Below, piece by piece: positions 52,981-64,000 of a DNA stretch of 64,000 nucleotides. How positions within the stretch are numbered: the stretch's first letter is position 1; every line of letters begins with the position of its first letter. Under the pieces are notes generated by a model. It saw only the letters and a list, made by a program, of their open reading frames with translations. It was not told where the DNA came from and did not search any database. Location of the stretch: the NCBI RefSeq assembly GCF_963921235.1, contig NC_086108.1:95048001-95112000 (forward strand), written 5' to 3'. Position numbers and translations under genes: made by a program. Source of the stretch: Mobula hypostoma (Eukaryota).

Positions 52981-53814
52981 GAAGAAGCTGTTCCTGAATT
53001 GTTGAGTGTGTGCTTTCAGGCTCTTGTACTCTGATAGCAACCAGAAGAGAATAAAGTTATCCGACTAAAATTTTTGGATTTAATGATAAAGAGAAATCAA
53101 TTGTTCCAATTTGCTCTTTTCCCATTAAGAAAGGAAGAGTTTAATGTCAATCACACAATTGTTAATTTTATAGTGACAAACATGTTGATTGAACATAATA
53201 ATTTGGAACAACTGGCTGGAGTCAATGATTTTGAAAAGCTGAGATACTGAGTCTGATACTTGAATATTTGAGCTTCGGTGGCTGACTGAGATTTGCTTGA
53301 TTATTATTCTGTGTGTTTTGAGGTGGGCAGCCAATGAACATTATAGTTGATCTTTTTATTTGGTATGTAAGCTGGAAAGGGTTGTTATTATTTGTCTTGT
53401 ATAGAAAATCAAATATTTTCCTATTAAAAAGGATATGAATTAAAGTTGTTACATATTATTAAAGCATGTCTATTTACTTTCCACTTTGATTTTCAATGTA
53501 TAAACATGAATTTTCAGTGTGATTGGTCGTAATACTATTACCTTTCCCATTTCCTTCCTTGTGTTATAATTACGGCTAGTGTTCTTGATGTGGCCAGGGA
53601 ATGGAGAAGTTTGCTGTTTGTATGCAAATGATCCCTTTGACAAGTGGGTTTGTTTAGTGACTCACTAAACCAGCTGTGAAGTCCCAAAGTGTAAGTAGAG
53701 TACTGTATTTGTAATTTTGATTTAAGTTTATTCTCATTACATCTGGATTCACTAATAGTGATTAATCTAGTTAATAACATGAATGATTGTATTCTTGAAT
53801 AACACATACCAAAT

Positions 53815-54062
53815 GCGTTCCACCAGCATTTTGTGTGTGTTGCTTGAATTTCCGGCATCTGCAGGTTTCCTCTTGTTTGCTGGAGGAGCTCAGTAGGTCA
53901 GGCAACATCTGTGGAAAGGGATAAACAGTCAACGTATTCATCAGAACTCGGCCCAAAACGCCGACTGTTTATTCCTTTCCATAGATGCTGCCTGACCTGC
54001 TGAGTTCCTCATTTTGTGTGTGTTACTCTGGATTTTTTGCAGATGCAGAATCTCTTGTGTTG
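53815..54062. mobile_element. Decayed PLE-derived terminal-repeat cluster forming an imperfect palindrome (about 53882-54010)
   Basis: GAGGAGCTCAGTAGGTCAGGCAACATCTGTGGAAAGGGATAAACAGTC pairs with GACTGTTTATTCCTTTCCATAGATGCTGCCTGACCTGCTGAGTTCCTC. Confidence 0.72.
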
Positions 54063-55338
54063 TTATTCTTGAAGCTGTTGCTCAGTGTTGACAGACATTT
54101 TGAGCAGCTGATTAATCACCTTCAGTTTAGTTACATTGATTATATCGTGCTGATCAGCTTAAGTTCCCTGTTTAAGTTAAAAGAAGAGAGATTATATTTG
54201 CCACATGTACATCGAAACATACAGTGAAATGTTTTGTTTATGTCAAATCAAATCTTTGAGGATTGTGTTGGACAGCCCGCAGGTGTCACCAACATGGTAT
54301 GCTCACGACTCGCTCACCTTAACTTGTATGTCTTTGGAATGTAGGAGGAAACTGGAGCACCCAGAAGTCATTGGGAGAATGTACATCTTACAGAAAGCAG
54401 TGAGATTTGAGCCCCGCTCAGTGATCGCTGGTGCTCTAATGCTATTGTGTTTACCCAGAAATGCACAAATATATTTCAAGTCAATGATTTTTTTTTCATC
54501 AGTGGAAATAAATTAGAGAAAAGCAAGTTTTAAGATGTAAAATAAAAGCAAAAGGACTGGAGACTGCTATACAGCAGAAATTAACAAACCAAAGGGATAA
54601 AAGCAGATGGTGGTGAGACACAAGAAAAGGGTCTTGAGTAGGTGCTGTAAATGGGAACATAAGACATAGCAGAATTATGCCATTCGGCCAGTGGATTCGG
54701 CTCCACCATTCCATCGTGACTGATTTATTTTTCCTCTGGACCCTATTCTCTTGCCTTCTCCCTGTCACCTTTGGTGCCCTTACCAATCAAGAACCTATCA
54801 ACTTCTGCTTTAAATATACCCAATGAATTCTGCGGATTCACTACCTGAACAGCAGAATTACCTGATATTATCAAAGTCAGCTTCATATTTCACGATGCTG
54901 AAAGATACTAAATCAAAAGATGAGGTGCTATTTCTCCACCTTGAACTGTGCAGGCTGAGGATGGAGATGTGAGAGGGACAGGGAAATTAAGTGACAAATG
55001 CCTTCAGATTGAATGGAGATATTTTGGGAAGCGGAGTTCCAATCTCTGTTAAACCTTATTAATATAAAAGGATAACTAGTTAAAATCAGGGAATATCAGT
55101 TGTTAAGTTAAAGCAGTACTTCTAAATTGCTGTGTGAACTAGAAGGAATGTTTAGTGTTGAAGTGTGGTAAGGTTGGAGGTAAAACGAGATGGTGCATCT
55201 TCCACAGTTATATGGATAGATGGCAATGGGGACATGTGATGTTGGGGGTGGAAAAGTGAACTGGTACTTCATTTAGAGTACTGAAAAGTGAGAGGAGGAA
55301 GAAGAGAAGATATGTTTGGTGACATCACCTTGTAGATA

Positions 55339-56907
55339 CAGAACTGTGCAAGTGTCTTAGAAACGTAAAAAAAATCGTAAAGCCAAGATGTTTTCACAAT
55401 AATAAAATGAAAAGTTTCTAAATATCAAAAATTTACTGTAAGAGCAATAAACAGTAAAAACAAAACTAAACCAAATCACTATTTGGTGTGACTACCCTTT
55501 GCTTTTAAAACTGCGTCGGTTCTCTTAGGTACACTGTCAAGCAATCTTATAAGGAAATTGGCTGTTAGGTTGTTCCAAGCATTTTGGAGAACTTGCCATA
55601 GTTCTTCTGAAGACTTTGGCTGTCTTGCTTGCTTCTGTCTCTCCAGGTAGTCCCAGTTAGTCCCAGTCAGCCTCGATGATTTTGAGATCGGGACTCTGGA
55701 GTCCGTACTATCTGTTGCAGATGTCTTTGCAGCTCTTCTCACTGAAGGGAGTACTTTATGGCCTTGGCTGTGTGTTTGGGGTCATTGTCCAGCTGCAGAA
55801 TGAAGTGGGGACCAATCAGACACCTCTCTGATGGTATTGCATGATGGATGAGAATCTGTACTTAGTATTAAGGATTCCATTAATTCTGACCAGATCACCA
55901 ACTCCATTTGCAGTAATGCAGCCCCAAACCTGCAAGGGACTTCCGCTGTGCTTCTCTGTTGGCTTTCATCCATGTAGTGCTGTCCATCCTTTCTACAGAC
56001 AAACTGCCTCCTGTTTGAGCAAAACATTTCAAATTTTGATGTCAGTCCAGAGCACTTTCTGCCATTGTTCAGCACCCTAGTCCTTGTGTTTTTGTGCTTT
56101 GACGAGTCTTTTGGCTTTGTTTCCACTTTGGCGAAGTGGATTTTTAGCAGTATCTCTTCCATGAAGACCACTTCCGACAAGACTTCTCTGGACTGTAGAG
56201 GGGTGTACTTGTGTTCCATTGGTTTCTATAAGTTTGGAGCTGATAGTGCTGGAATACTATTTTAGAAGGGACGTCAGTATGATGGATCTCTTGATTGCTG
56301 CAGTCAGTTTCTGTGGTGGACAACTGCAATTCTGGTCCTCAATCTTGCCCATTTCTTTGTGCTTCTTCAAAAAAGCTTGGACAGCTTGGTCTTGAAACTC
56401 CTGCCTGCGGTGAAAGTTTTGCTTGGGAGAGACCTTGCAGAGCAGGATGACCGCCTTGTGTCTTGTTGCTATGCTCACTCTTGCTATGCTGTAAGAATTG
56501 ATGATTTGAAGGTTAAACTTACATCTGCCACATCTTCACTTTTCAGTTTGGTTGTCCTTAGCTCGGTTTGATCCCTTCTCCACCTGTTTCTTTTATAGTT
56601 AATCAGTTTAGTTCATTCAACTTGATATGTCATTGATCATTAACATTTGTTTTTGATCTTTGTTTAATCATACACTGGGCTAAAATATATACCTACAAAG
56701 TAATCGAGTTTTTATTTGAAATGTCGTCTATTACTTAATGTTACTTTCTTTAATGAAATAAAAAGAAGTTTTTTTTGGGGAGAATGAATGTTTGGAAATC
56801 TAAAATTTGCTCTTTTCTGCTAACACTATTATAGAAGGCAAAAAATAAACATCTTTAACAAAATTTATTTTAAAAAATCTAGGATGCTTGAGACATGTAC
56901 AGTAGTG
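55339..56907 (-). mobile_element. Tc1-family DNA transposon with decayed transposase (about 55479-56478)
   Basis: TA flanks and degenerate TIRs (CAGAACTGTGCAAGTGTCTTAG / CTTGAGACATGTACAGTAGTG). Motifs KVLWTD, FILQLDNDPKHTAK, SPDLKIIE, WDYLE, AVLKAKGSHTK. Confidence 0.88.
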
Positions 56908-57973
56908 TAATTGAAGAAGATCTATTTAAGCTGAAGCTTGGTGAACTATGGTGAAGGTAAAAGGTGACAAGTGATACTGGACAGAGGAAGAGGGTAAATG
57001 GACTTGGTCTCTGCTCTGTAGAGTTTGCAAGAATCTCAGTTAAACTCTAAATGATATGGTATTGATAGGACTGATGCAGAGCAGATGTCCCCTCCTTGTT
57101 AATTGTCTAGAATCCACCGAGGGTAGTGAATTTTTTGAAATCTCTGTCAAACAGAGGTATGAAAGTTCAGCTGTTGTCTGTCCTACATCCAATATTTTTT
57201 TTGATTCAGAGTGAAATGAAGTCTATGGAGTGAGTACAGAAAAGTGGAGTTCAAGGAGGAAGATCAGACATCTTACTGAACAGTGGAGAAGCATGGAATG
57301 GCTACTTCTATTTCGTTTTTAAGTTCCGATTATAGAAGAAGTATGGTAACTAGAATTAAGGGCCTGTTAACTGCAGTTGAGACATAGATGTTATGTTTCA
57401 CTTAGTGATGAATGACATTCTTGTCATCACTGATACTGGGCACAGACCAAGGGATCCTTAGGAGAATTTGTTCAATGTGTCTCTTCTGATTAGTTCCAGT
57501 GCAGAAGGTAACCTGTATTTAATGTTCAAATGATATTCCCATCGGAATTGCAAATAGTGCATGTGCTGCAAATCTTAAATTAAAGACAGAAAATTCAGAT
57601 ATTAGTACAAGTGAGTTTTGACAAAAGGTTAAAAGCCTGAAACTGCTTTGTAGATATGCTGAGTATTTCCAACACTTGCTTATAAAAGAGAAATAAAATA
57701 GATGCTGAAAGGGTGAGGAAAAACAAGAATAACTGACAAAGTTCATCCCATACAGTATTCATGGGGAAGGGAAACAGTTAACATTTTCCCTTGAGGAACT
57801 TCCTCCTGTACTAATTTAACTATGCCTAGTTTTCTCTACTGAGCTTCTAACTAATCAATAGTCTGAAGAAGTATATTAATTGATTATGCCGTAATTTAAA
57901 ACATTTTGTTGCACTGCATAATTTCTTTTCGGGCTATCTTGGTCACCACATTGTAACATTTGATTCTTTTTAG

Positions 57974-58159
57974 GCATCCTGCTGGTGAGACCTACTCAAA
58001 CAGTATTCTTTCCACTGAATAATTTAAAACCTCACTTAATGCCACCTGAAATTTGGGAAATTGATGTTTCACAGCCGATCCTCCTCTTGGAATTAAACTA
58101 CCAGAGGGACTAGAAAGCTGTTTCAGAGTATCATGGGAGAACAGGACCAGGGCCAGATT
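57974..58159 (+). CDS. Probable host-gene exon 2: 5' UTR plus first 9 codons (ATG at 58133, MGEQDQGQI); gene not identified
   Basis: Acceptor TTCTTTTTAG|G, donor ATT|GTGAGT, good Kozak context ATCATGG, non-repetitive sequence, 7.7 kb downstream of the CpG-island donor. No homology recognised. Confidence 0.55.
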
Positions 58160-58493
58160 GTGAGTAATGGCAAATTTAGCCTTTTCAGAAAGTTGAAGTT
58201 ATTTTGTGAGACTTATCACGGTGTCAATTTTTGCTGTGTTTCTGTGGTGCGTTTTATTCTTGAATGGTATGTCACTTTTATGTGAATATTTCTGTCATAT
58301 CTTACTGAACATTAGTTCCCTGGATTTTATGGGTTTCTTCTTAACTGTCACCAGATACTTCAACATTTGGGATATTTTCTTGGATATCTTACTCATTTAA
58401 TTTTCCATCATGTCAGGACTGTTCCTACATTTGTAACTATTGTCTGTGATTTGGCTCGTTCTTTAGATTGCCTTAGTCATTATGGATTATTAT

Positions 58494-58740
58494 AGCAACA
58501 CACATCAAAGTTGCTGGTGAACGCAGCAGGCCAGGCAGCATCTCTAGGAAGAGGTACAGTCAACGTTTCAGGCCGAGACCCTTCGTTGGGTAACTCTGCC
58601 TTCAGTTAGTCCTGACGAAGGGTCTCGGCCTGAAACGTTGACTGTACCTCTTCCTAGAGATGCTGCCTGGCCTGCTGCGTTCACCAGCAACTTTGATGTG
58701 TGTTGCTTGAAATTCCAGCTTCTGCAGAATTCCTGTTGTT
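58494..58740. mobile_element. PLE-derived palindromic insertion carrying a minimal hammerhead ribozyme motif
   Basis: Perfect inverted arms 58494-58586 and 58615-58707; TSD TATGG(A/G)TTATTATAG (58481-58495 and 58741-58755). Confidence 0.88.
58607..58644 (+). ncRNA. Minimal type I hammerhead ribozyme motif (PLE type)
   Basis: TAGTC-CTGACGA-AGG GTCTCGG CCT-GAAA-CG-TT-GACTG: stem I TAGTC/GACTG, core CUGANGA, stem II AGG/CCT, GAAA, palindromic ACGT helix III, GUU cleavage triplet. Confidence 0.75.
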
Positions 58741-58789
58741 TATGGGTTATTATAGTTCCTTGAATTTAGTTAATTGGGATATCCAGATG

Positions 58790-60858
58790 CAGCCACCATT
58801 TTTGGTATTTGTTTTTCCTAGTGGGAACCAAGCAGTTTAGTTCAAATAAGAAGACATTTTCGAATGGAAGAAGGACACTACCGTGGCTGACAAGTGAAGT
58901 CAGAGCCAAAGTAAAAGCAAAAGAGAGGGTATACAAGGAAGTTGAAGCCATTGGGAAGATAAAGGATTGGGAAGCTTTTTAAAAAAAAACTTGCAGAAGG
59001 GAAGGAAGAAGGTCATTAGGAAGGAAAAGATGAATTATGAAAGGAAGCAGACAACTAATATCGAAGAAGATACTAAAAGCTTTTTTAAGTATATAAAGGA
59101 TAAAGAGTTGAGGGTAGATGTAGGACTAATAGAAAATGACACTAGAGATATTGTAATGAGAGACGCAGAGGAAGAATGCATATTTTGCATCAGTCTTCAC
59201 AGTGGAAAACGTCTGCAGTATACCGGACGTTCAAGAGTGTCAGGGAAGTGAAGTATGTGCAGTGAAAATCATGGCGAAGAAGGTGTTCAGGAAGCTTAAT
59301 GGTCTGAGGGTGGATAAATCTCCTGGACCTGAAGGAATGCACCCTGGGGTTCTGAAGGAAGTAGCTGGAGAGCTTGCGGAGGCATTAACAATGATCTTCC
59401 AAGAATCGATGGATTCTGGCATTGTACCAGATGACTGGAAAATTGCAAGTGCTACTCTGTTATTTAAGAAGGGCGGAAGGCAGCAGAAAGGAAACTATAG
59501 ACCTGTTAGCCTGACATTACTGGTTGGGAAGTTGTTGGAATCGATTGTTAGGGATGAGATTACGGAGTACCTGGAGGCACATGACAAAATAGGCCAAAGC
59601 CAGCATGGTTTTCTGAAAGAAAAGTCCTGCCTGACTAACCTACTGCAATTTTTTGAGGAAATTACAAGCAGGGTAGACAAAGGAGATGTAGTAGATGTGG
59701 TGTACTTGGATTTTCAAAAGGCCTTTGACAAGGTGCTGCACATGAGGCTGTTTAGCAAGATTAAGAGCTCATGGAATTACAGGGAAGTTACTAATCTGGG
59801 TGGAGCATTGGCTGATTGGCAGAAAACAGTGAGAATGAAGGCTGCCGGTTACCAGTGGAGTTCCACAGGAGCCGGTGTTGGAACAGCTGCTTTAATGATG
59901 TATGTTAATGATTTGGACTATGGGATTAATGGATTTGTGGTTAAATTTGGCGATGATACAAAGGTAGGTGGAGGAGCAGGTAGTGTTGAGGAAACGGAGC
60001 CTGCAGATAGACTTAGATAGTTTAGGGGAATGGGCAAAGAAGTGTCAAATGAAGTACAATGTTGGAAAGTGTGTGGTCATGCACTTTGGAAGAAATAAAC
60101 GGGTAGATTATTATTTGGATGGGGAGAGAATTCAAAATGCAGAGATGCAAAGGGACTTGGGAGTCCTTGTACAGGATACCCTAAAGGTTAATCTCAAGGT
60201 TGAGTCAGTTGTGAAGAAGGCGAATGCAATGTTGGCATTCATTTTTAGAGGTATGGAATATAAGAGCAGGGATGTGATGTTGAGGCTCTATAAGGCACTT
60301 GTGAGACTACACTTGGAGCATTGTGTGCAATTTTGGGCTCCTTATTTTAGAAAGGATATACTGACATTGGAGAGGGTTCAGAGAAGATTCACGAGAATGA
60401 TTCCAGGAATGAAAGGGTTACCGTATGAGGAACGTTGGGCTGTATTCCCTGGAGTTCAGGAGAATGAGGGGGATCTCATAGAAACATTCGGAATGTTAAA
60501 AGGCCTGAACAGATTAGATATGGCAAAGTTTTTTCCCATGTTAGGGAAGTCTGGGACAAGAGTGTACAACTTCGGGATTGAAGGGCATCCATTTAGAACA
60601 GAGGTGTGGAGAAATTGCTTTAGTCAGAGGGTGGTAAATCTGTGGAATATGTTGCCACAACCAGCTGTGGAGGCCAAGTCATTGGGTGTATTTAAGGCAG
60701 AGATAGATAGGTTCTTGGTTAGCTGGGGCATCAAAGGGTATGGGGAGAAGGCAGGGGAGTGGGGATAACTGGAAGAATTTGATCAGCCCATGATTGAATG
60801 GCAGAGCAGACTCGATGGGCGGAGTGGCCTACTTCTTTTCCTATATCTTGTAGTCTAA
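58790..60858 (+). mobile_element. CR1-clade LINE ORF2 (RT) 3' 2 kb
   Basis: KSPGPEGMHP, GNYRPVSLT, SQHGFLK, DVVYLDFQKAFDKV, KFGDDTK, ERVQRRFTRMIPG (ORFs 59202-60020 and 59968-60768); CR1-type tail. Confidence 0.93.
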
Positions 60859-63059
60859 GATTCCACCTCTTGTTTAGAGAGTTCTCATTTTTGGCTTGAA
60901 TATGAGCATATTTCAGTATCACTTCTCACTTTTAAGAAAGCTGTGTCTTAGTTCTTTTTCCCTGCAGTGAGTCTCATTAGCTGAGTCTCATTAGATTGCC
61001 AGATGAGTGAAATTCAGAGGGGATTGTTCTTTAGCATGGTCAACCATGAGAGTGTTGCGCATAGTTAATTAGTTGAGTTATCCAAATTAATTCACTCAGT
61101 TTGTAAATTCTGTTCCAACTGATATGTATAGACAGGTATATGGAGGAATCTAAGGTGGGGGCTTATATGGGAGGCAGGGTTTGAGGGTCGGCACAACATT
61201 GTGGGCCGAAGGGCCTGTACTGTGCTGTACTATTCTATGTTCTATGTAAGTATCAGATTTTTTTTCCGGAATTCGTTGTTTCTTGAATTGATAAAAATGT
61301 CAAGACATAAGGCAAGGAAACAGGCCATTCAGCCCAATGGTTCCATGCAGTCAGTCAAGCATTCATTCATTTTATTCTGTCATCCATTTCCCCATATTAT
61401 ATTCACCTACCTGCATACTGGGGCAATTTACATCGACCAATTAACCTCTCAGTCTGCACATCCTTCTAATAAGGAAGCAAACCCATGTAGTCACAGGCAG
61501 AGTGTGCAAACTCCACATAGCTTAAGAGGTGAGTTGCTGGAGCTGTGATGTAACAACTGTGCTGAAACTATCCACTCTGCAGAACTGGGACATTGAAGTG
61601 AAACCTGCCCCTGCTTGTATTAATCTCCCAACAGCCATGACGTAAGGGAGCAAGTCCTTTATAGGACTGTACCACGACAACAAGAATGAGTTCTCTGGAA
61701 TTTCAGTGTGATTTAAGCATCATGACTCTAGTATGTTCCTCCCTTTCAGTTCGGTAATTTCCCGGAGAGACAAGGTAAATATATTGTAGTGACTGAATTA
61801 CACGTATTTCACTGTTGGCTCTCAATACAATGCTGGTATGTTTCAGAAGAACACCACAACAATAGAAATGCATACTTGTACTCATTTACATTCTCTAGGC
61901 AATGATTTTGAGGATCTTCAGTTCCCTTTTGATTGTTCCAGGGGAATTACTAGTTGGTAATAAGTTTTAAATGTGCCTATCGTTAAACCACTTGATGCTA
62001 AGTCTGAATTTTTTGTTAACATTGAAGTTCAGCATGTCACAAACACCATTCTTTTGTGTTTTAAGCACTTCATGGCTGGCAATCAGGTATCGGGAGGGGG
62101 AGGGAAATTTGGCTGTTCCCCAGTGGTTCTAAGTGTCACTTGTTCTAGTCATGACAACTTGTGTGACATAATACATTTAAATGGCCTTAGTTCAGATAAT
62201 GTCCATTGATGAATGGGGTAAAACACTGAAGTGTTTTGGCTAATTGGGCATTTTTCCAGTTAGGGTTAAAAGTCCTTCCCTCTGATCGTGTATGAAGGTA
62301 CAGGATATTACATCCATGTTTATAGGGAAAGCTCAAATTAAGAATTCAGAAAGCTGACGAGCATTACGTGATCAGATAAAAAAGATATAAAGATAAAGAT
62401 TAGCTCTATTTGTCACATACTTCAAAGCATACTGTGCAATGAAATAGTTTGTTTGTGTCAATGACTAACACAGTCCAAGGAGCTGCTGGAGGCAGCCCCC
62501 AAGTGTCTACATGTTTCTGGTGCCAAGACAGCATGACTTACTAACCCTAACCTGCACGTCTTTGGAATGTGGGGGAAAACCCACATGATCACGGGGAGAA
62601 GGTACATATTCCTTACGGATAGTGCCAGGAATTGAACCTAGGTCACTGGAACTGTAAGCCATTTTGCTAACTGCTACGTTGTCCCTCTTAAGCTATTCAG
62701 AGTTAAAAAGTAGAGGGTGTAGCAAGTTGAAATCAGAGAACTTTGAGGCCCGTTACACTGTCCACCTTGTTTTTTTCAAGATTTATTTCTAAAACCTGCA
62801 CCATGTTCTCCCTCACTATTAGAAACCTGTAGTTACAGGGTGCTGCTGGCAGCCCACTATGCCTCATGTAGAAAGAAGGCCCTGGTGCAACAGATCATAT
62901 AAAATCATGAAAAGTTAGTAAAGCTACTGGGATTACAAATGACTGGGAATATTGGAAATAGGAATGTGAGACAGAGGGTGGGTGTACCACAATCTGCCCA
63001 AAATGTATCCCTGTGGATCTCATCGTCACATGGCAACTGTTCTAGTAACAATGACAATG

Positions 63060-64000
63060 CATGCAGGATGAACTCAGCCAATTCTCTGTCTATGGAGGCA
63101 CACCTCACTTAACATCAGCAAGACTAAGGGGTTGATTATTAACTTCAGGAGGAGGTAACCAGAGGTCCATGAGCTAGTTCTTACCGAGGGGTGGGGGCAG
63201 AGATGAAAAGTGTCAGCAACTTTAAATTCCTTGGAACACACATCAAAGTTGCTGGTGAACGCAGCAGGCCAGGCAGCATCTCTAGGAAGAGGTACAGTCG
63301 ATGTTTCAGGCTGAGACCCTTCGTCAGGACTAACTGAAGGAAGAGTTAGTAAGAGATTTGAGAGGGGGAGGGGGAGATCCAAAATGATAGGAGAAGACAG
63401 GAGGGGGAGGGATGGAGCCAAGAGCTGGACAGGTGATTAAATTCCTTGGTGTTATTTTAGAAGACCTATATGGGCCTACCAGATAAATGCAATTACAAAG
63501 AAAGCATGGCAGTGGCTCTATTTCCTTGGAAGTTTACGAAGATTTGGCATGACATCTAAAACTCTGACAAACACCAGTGCCCTTGAACAGAAAAACCAGC
63601 AAAAAGTAGTGTATATGGCCCAGTCCATCAAAGGTAAAGCCCTCCCATGCACATCAGCGTAGAGCTCTGTCACAGAAAAGCAGCATCCATCATTGAGGAC
63701 CCTCACCATTGAGGCTATACTTCTCACTGCTGCCATCAGGAAGGAGGTACAGGAGCCTAAGGACCCATACCACTAGGTTCGGGAGCAGTTATTACACCTC
63801 AACCATCAGGTTCTGGAACCAGAGGAGTTAACCTCACTTGTCCCATCACTGAACTATTCCCACAACGTTTGAACTCACTTTCAAAGTCTCTTCATCTCAT
63901 GTTTTCGAGAGTTATTTATTTTTTTGTATTTGCACGGTTTGTTATCTTTTACACATTGGTTGTTTGTCTCTCCTGTTGGGTGTGGTCTTTCATTGATTCT
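63060..64000 (+). mobile_element. Old Rex1-like LINE 3' part
   Basis: LNISKTKGLIINFRR, NFKFLGVI, KKAWQWLYFLGSLRRFGM, FSLLPSGRRYRSL, RFGSSY. Confidence 0.75.
63235..63436 (-). mobile_element. PLE-derived terminal-repeat insertion with hammerhead motif (63295-63332, minus strand)
   Basis: 13-bp TSD TTAAATTCCTTGG (63222-63234 and 63437-63449). The minus strand reads TAGTC CTGACGA AGGGTCTCAGCCT GAAA CATC GACTG. Confidence 0.88.

Noticed and set aside
61899..61956. Possible plus-strand exon (TTCTCTAG|GCAATG...GTTG|GTAATA)
   Set aside because: Weak donor and no recognisable peptide; cannot be supported from sequence alone.
1..64000. Prokaryotic RT-based systems (retron, DGR, group II intron, CRISPR-RT)
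   Set aside because: Every RT here carries eukaryotic LINE, PLE or Gypsy motifs, several with TSDs, and shows decay; no operon structure is present.

Overview
This is eukaryotic DNA, not prokaryotic. It is a repeat-dense vertebrate intergenic/intronic window; the repeat mix (CR1, Rex1/Babar, L1-clade, Penelope, Gypsy, Tc1, Tigger, V- and CORE-type SINEs) suggests a cartilaginous fish, but that is inference. Nearly all ORFs in the supplied track are decayed transposon fragments or chance ORFs. The window holds three large L1-clade copies, two Gypsy proviruses, two related solo-LTR-like elements, a Tigger-type and a Tc1 DNA transposon, and many CR1, Rex1 and SINE pieces. The Gypsy at 33053-43116 is fully reconstructable (LTRs, PBS, PPT, TSD) despite four nested insertions. 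The only credible host-gene signal is a CpG-island promoter at about 49.78-50.70 kb (perfect CRE, GC boxes, splice donors on both strands) and a probable first coding exon at 57974-58159 (MGEQDQGQI, gene not identified) preceded by uORFs. The most interesting items are Penelope-derived short insertions with a minimal hammerhead ribozyme core, one forming a perfect 93-bp-arm palindrome; a two-copy internally deleted Rex1-like element found both times in Gypsy pol; a 5'-inverted, RT-deleted L1; and two local inverted duplications. I cannot claim a wholly new system; these are variants of known classes and need database checks.
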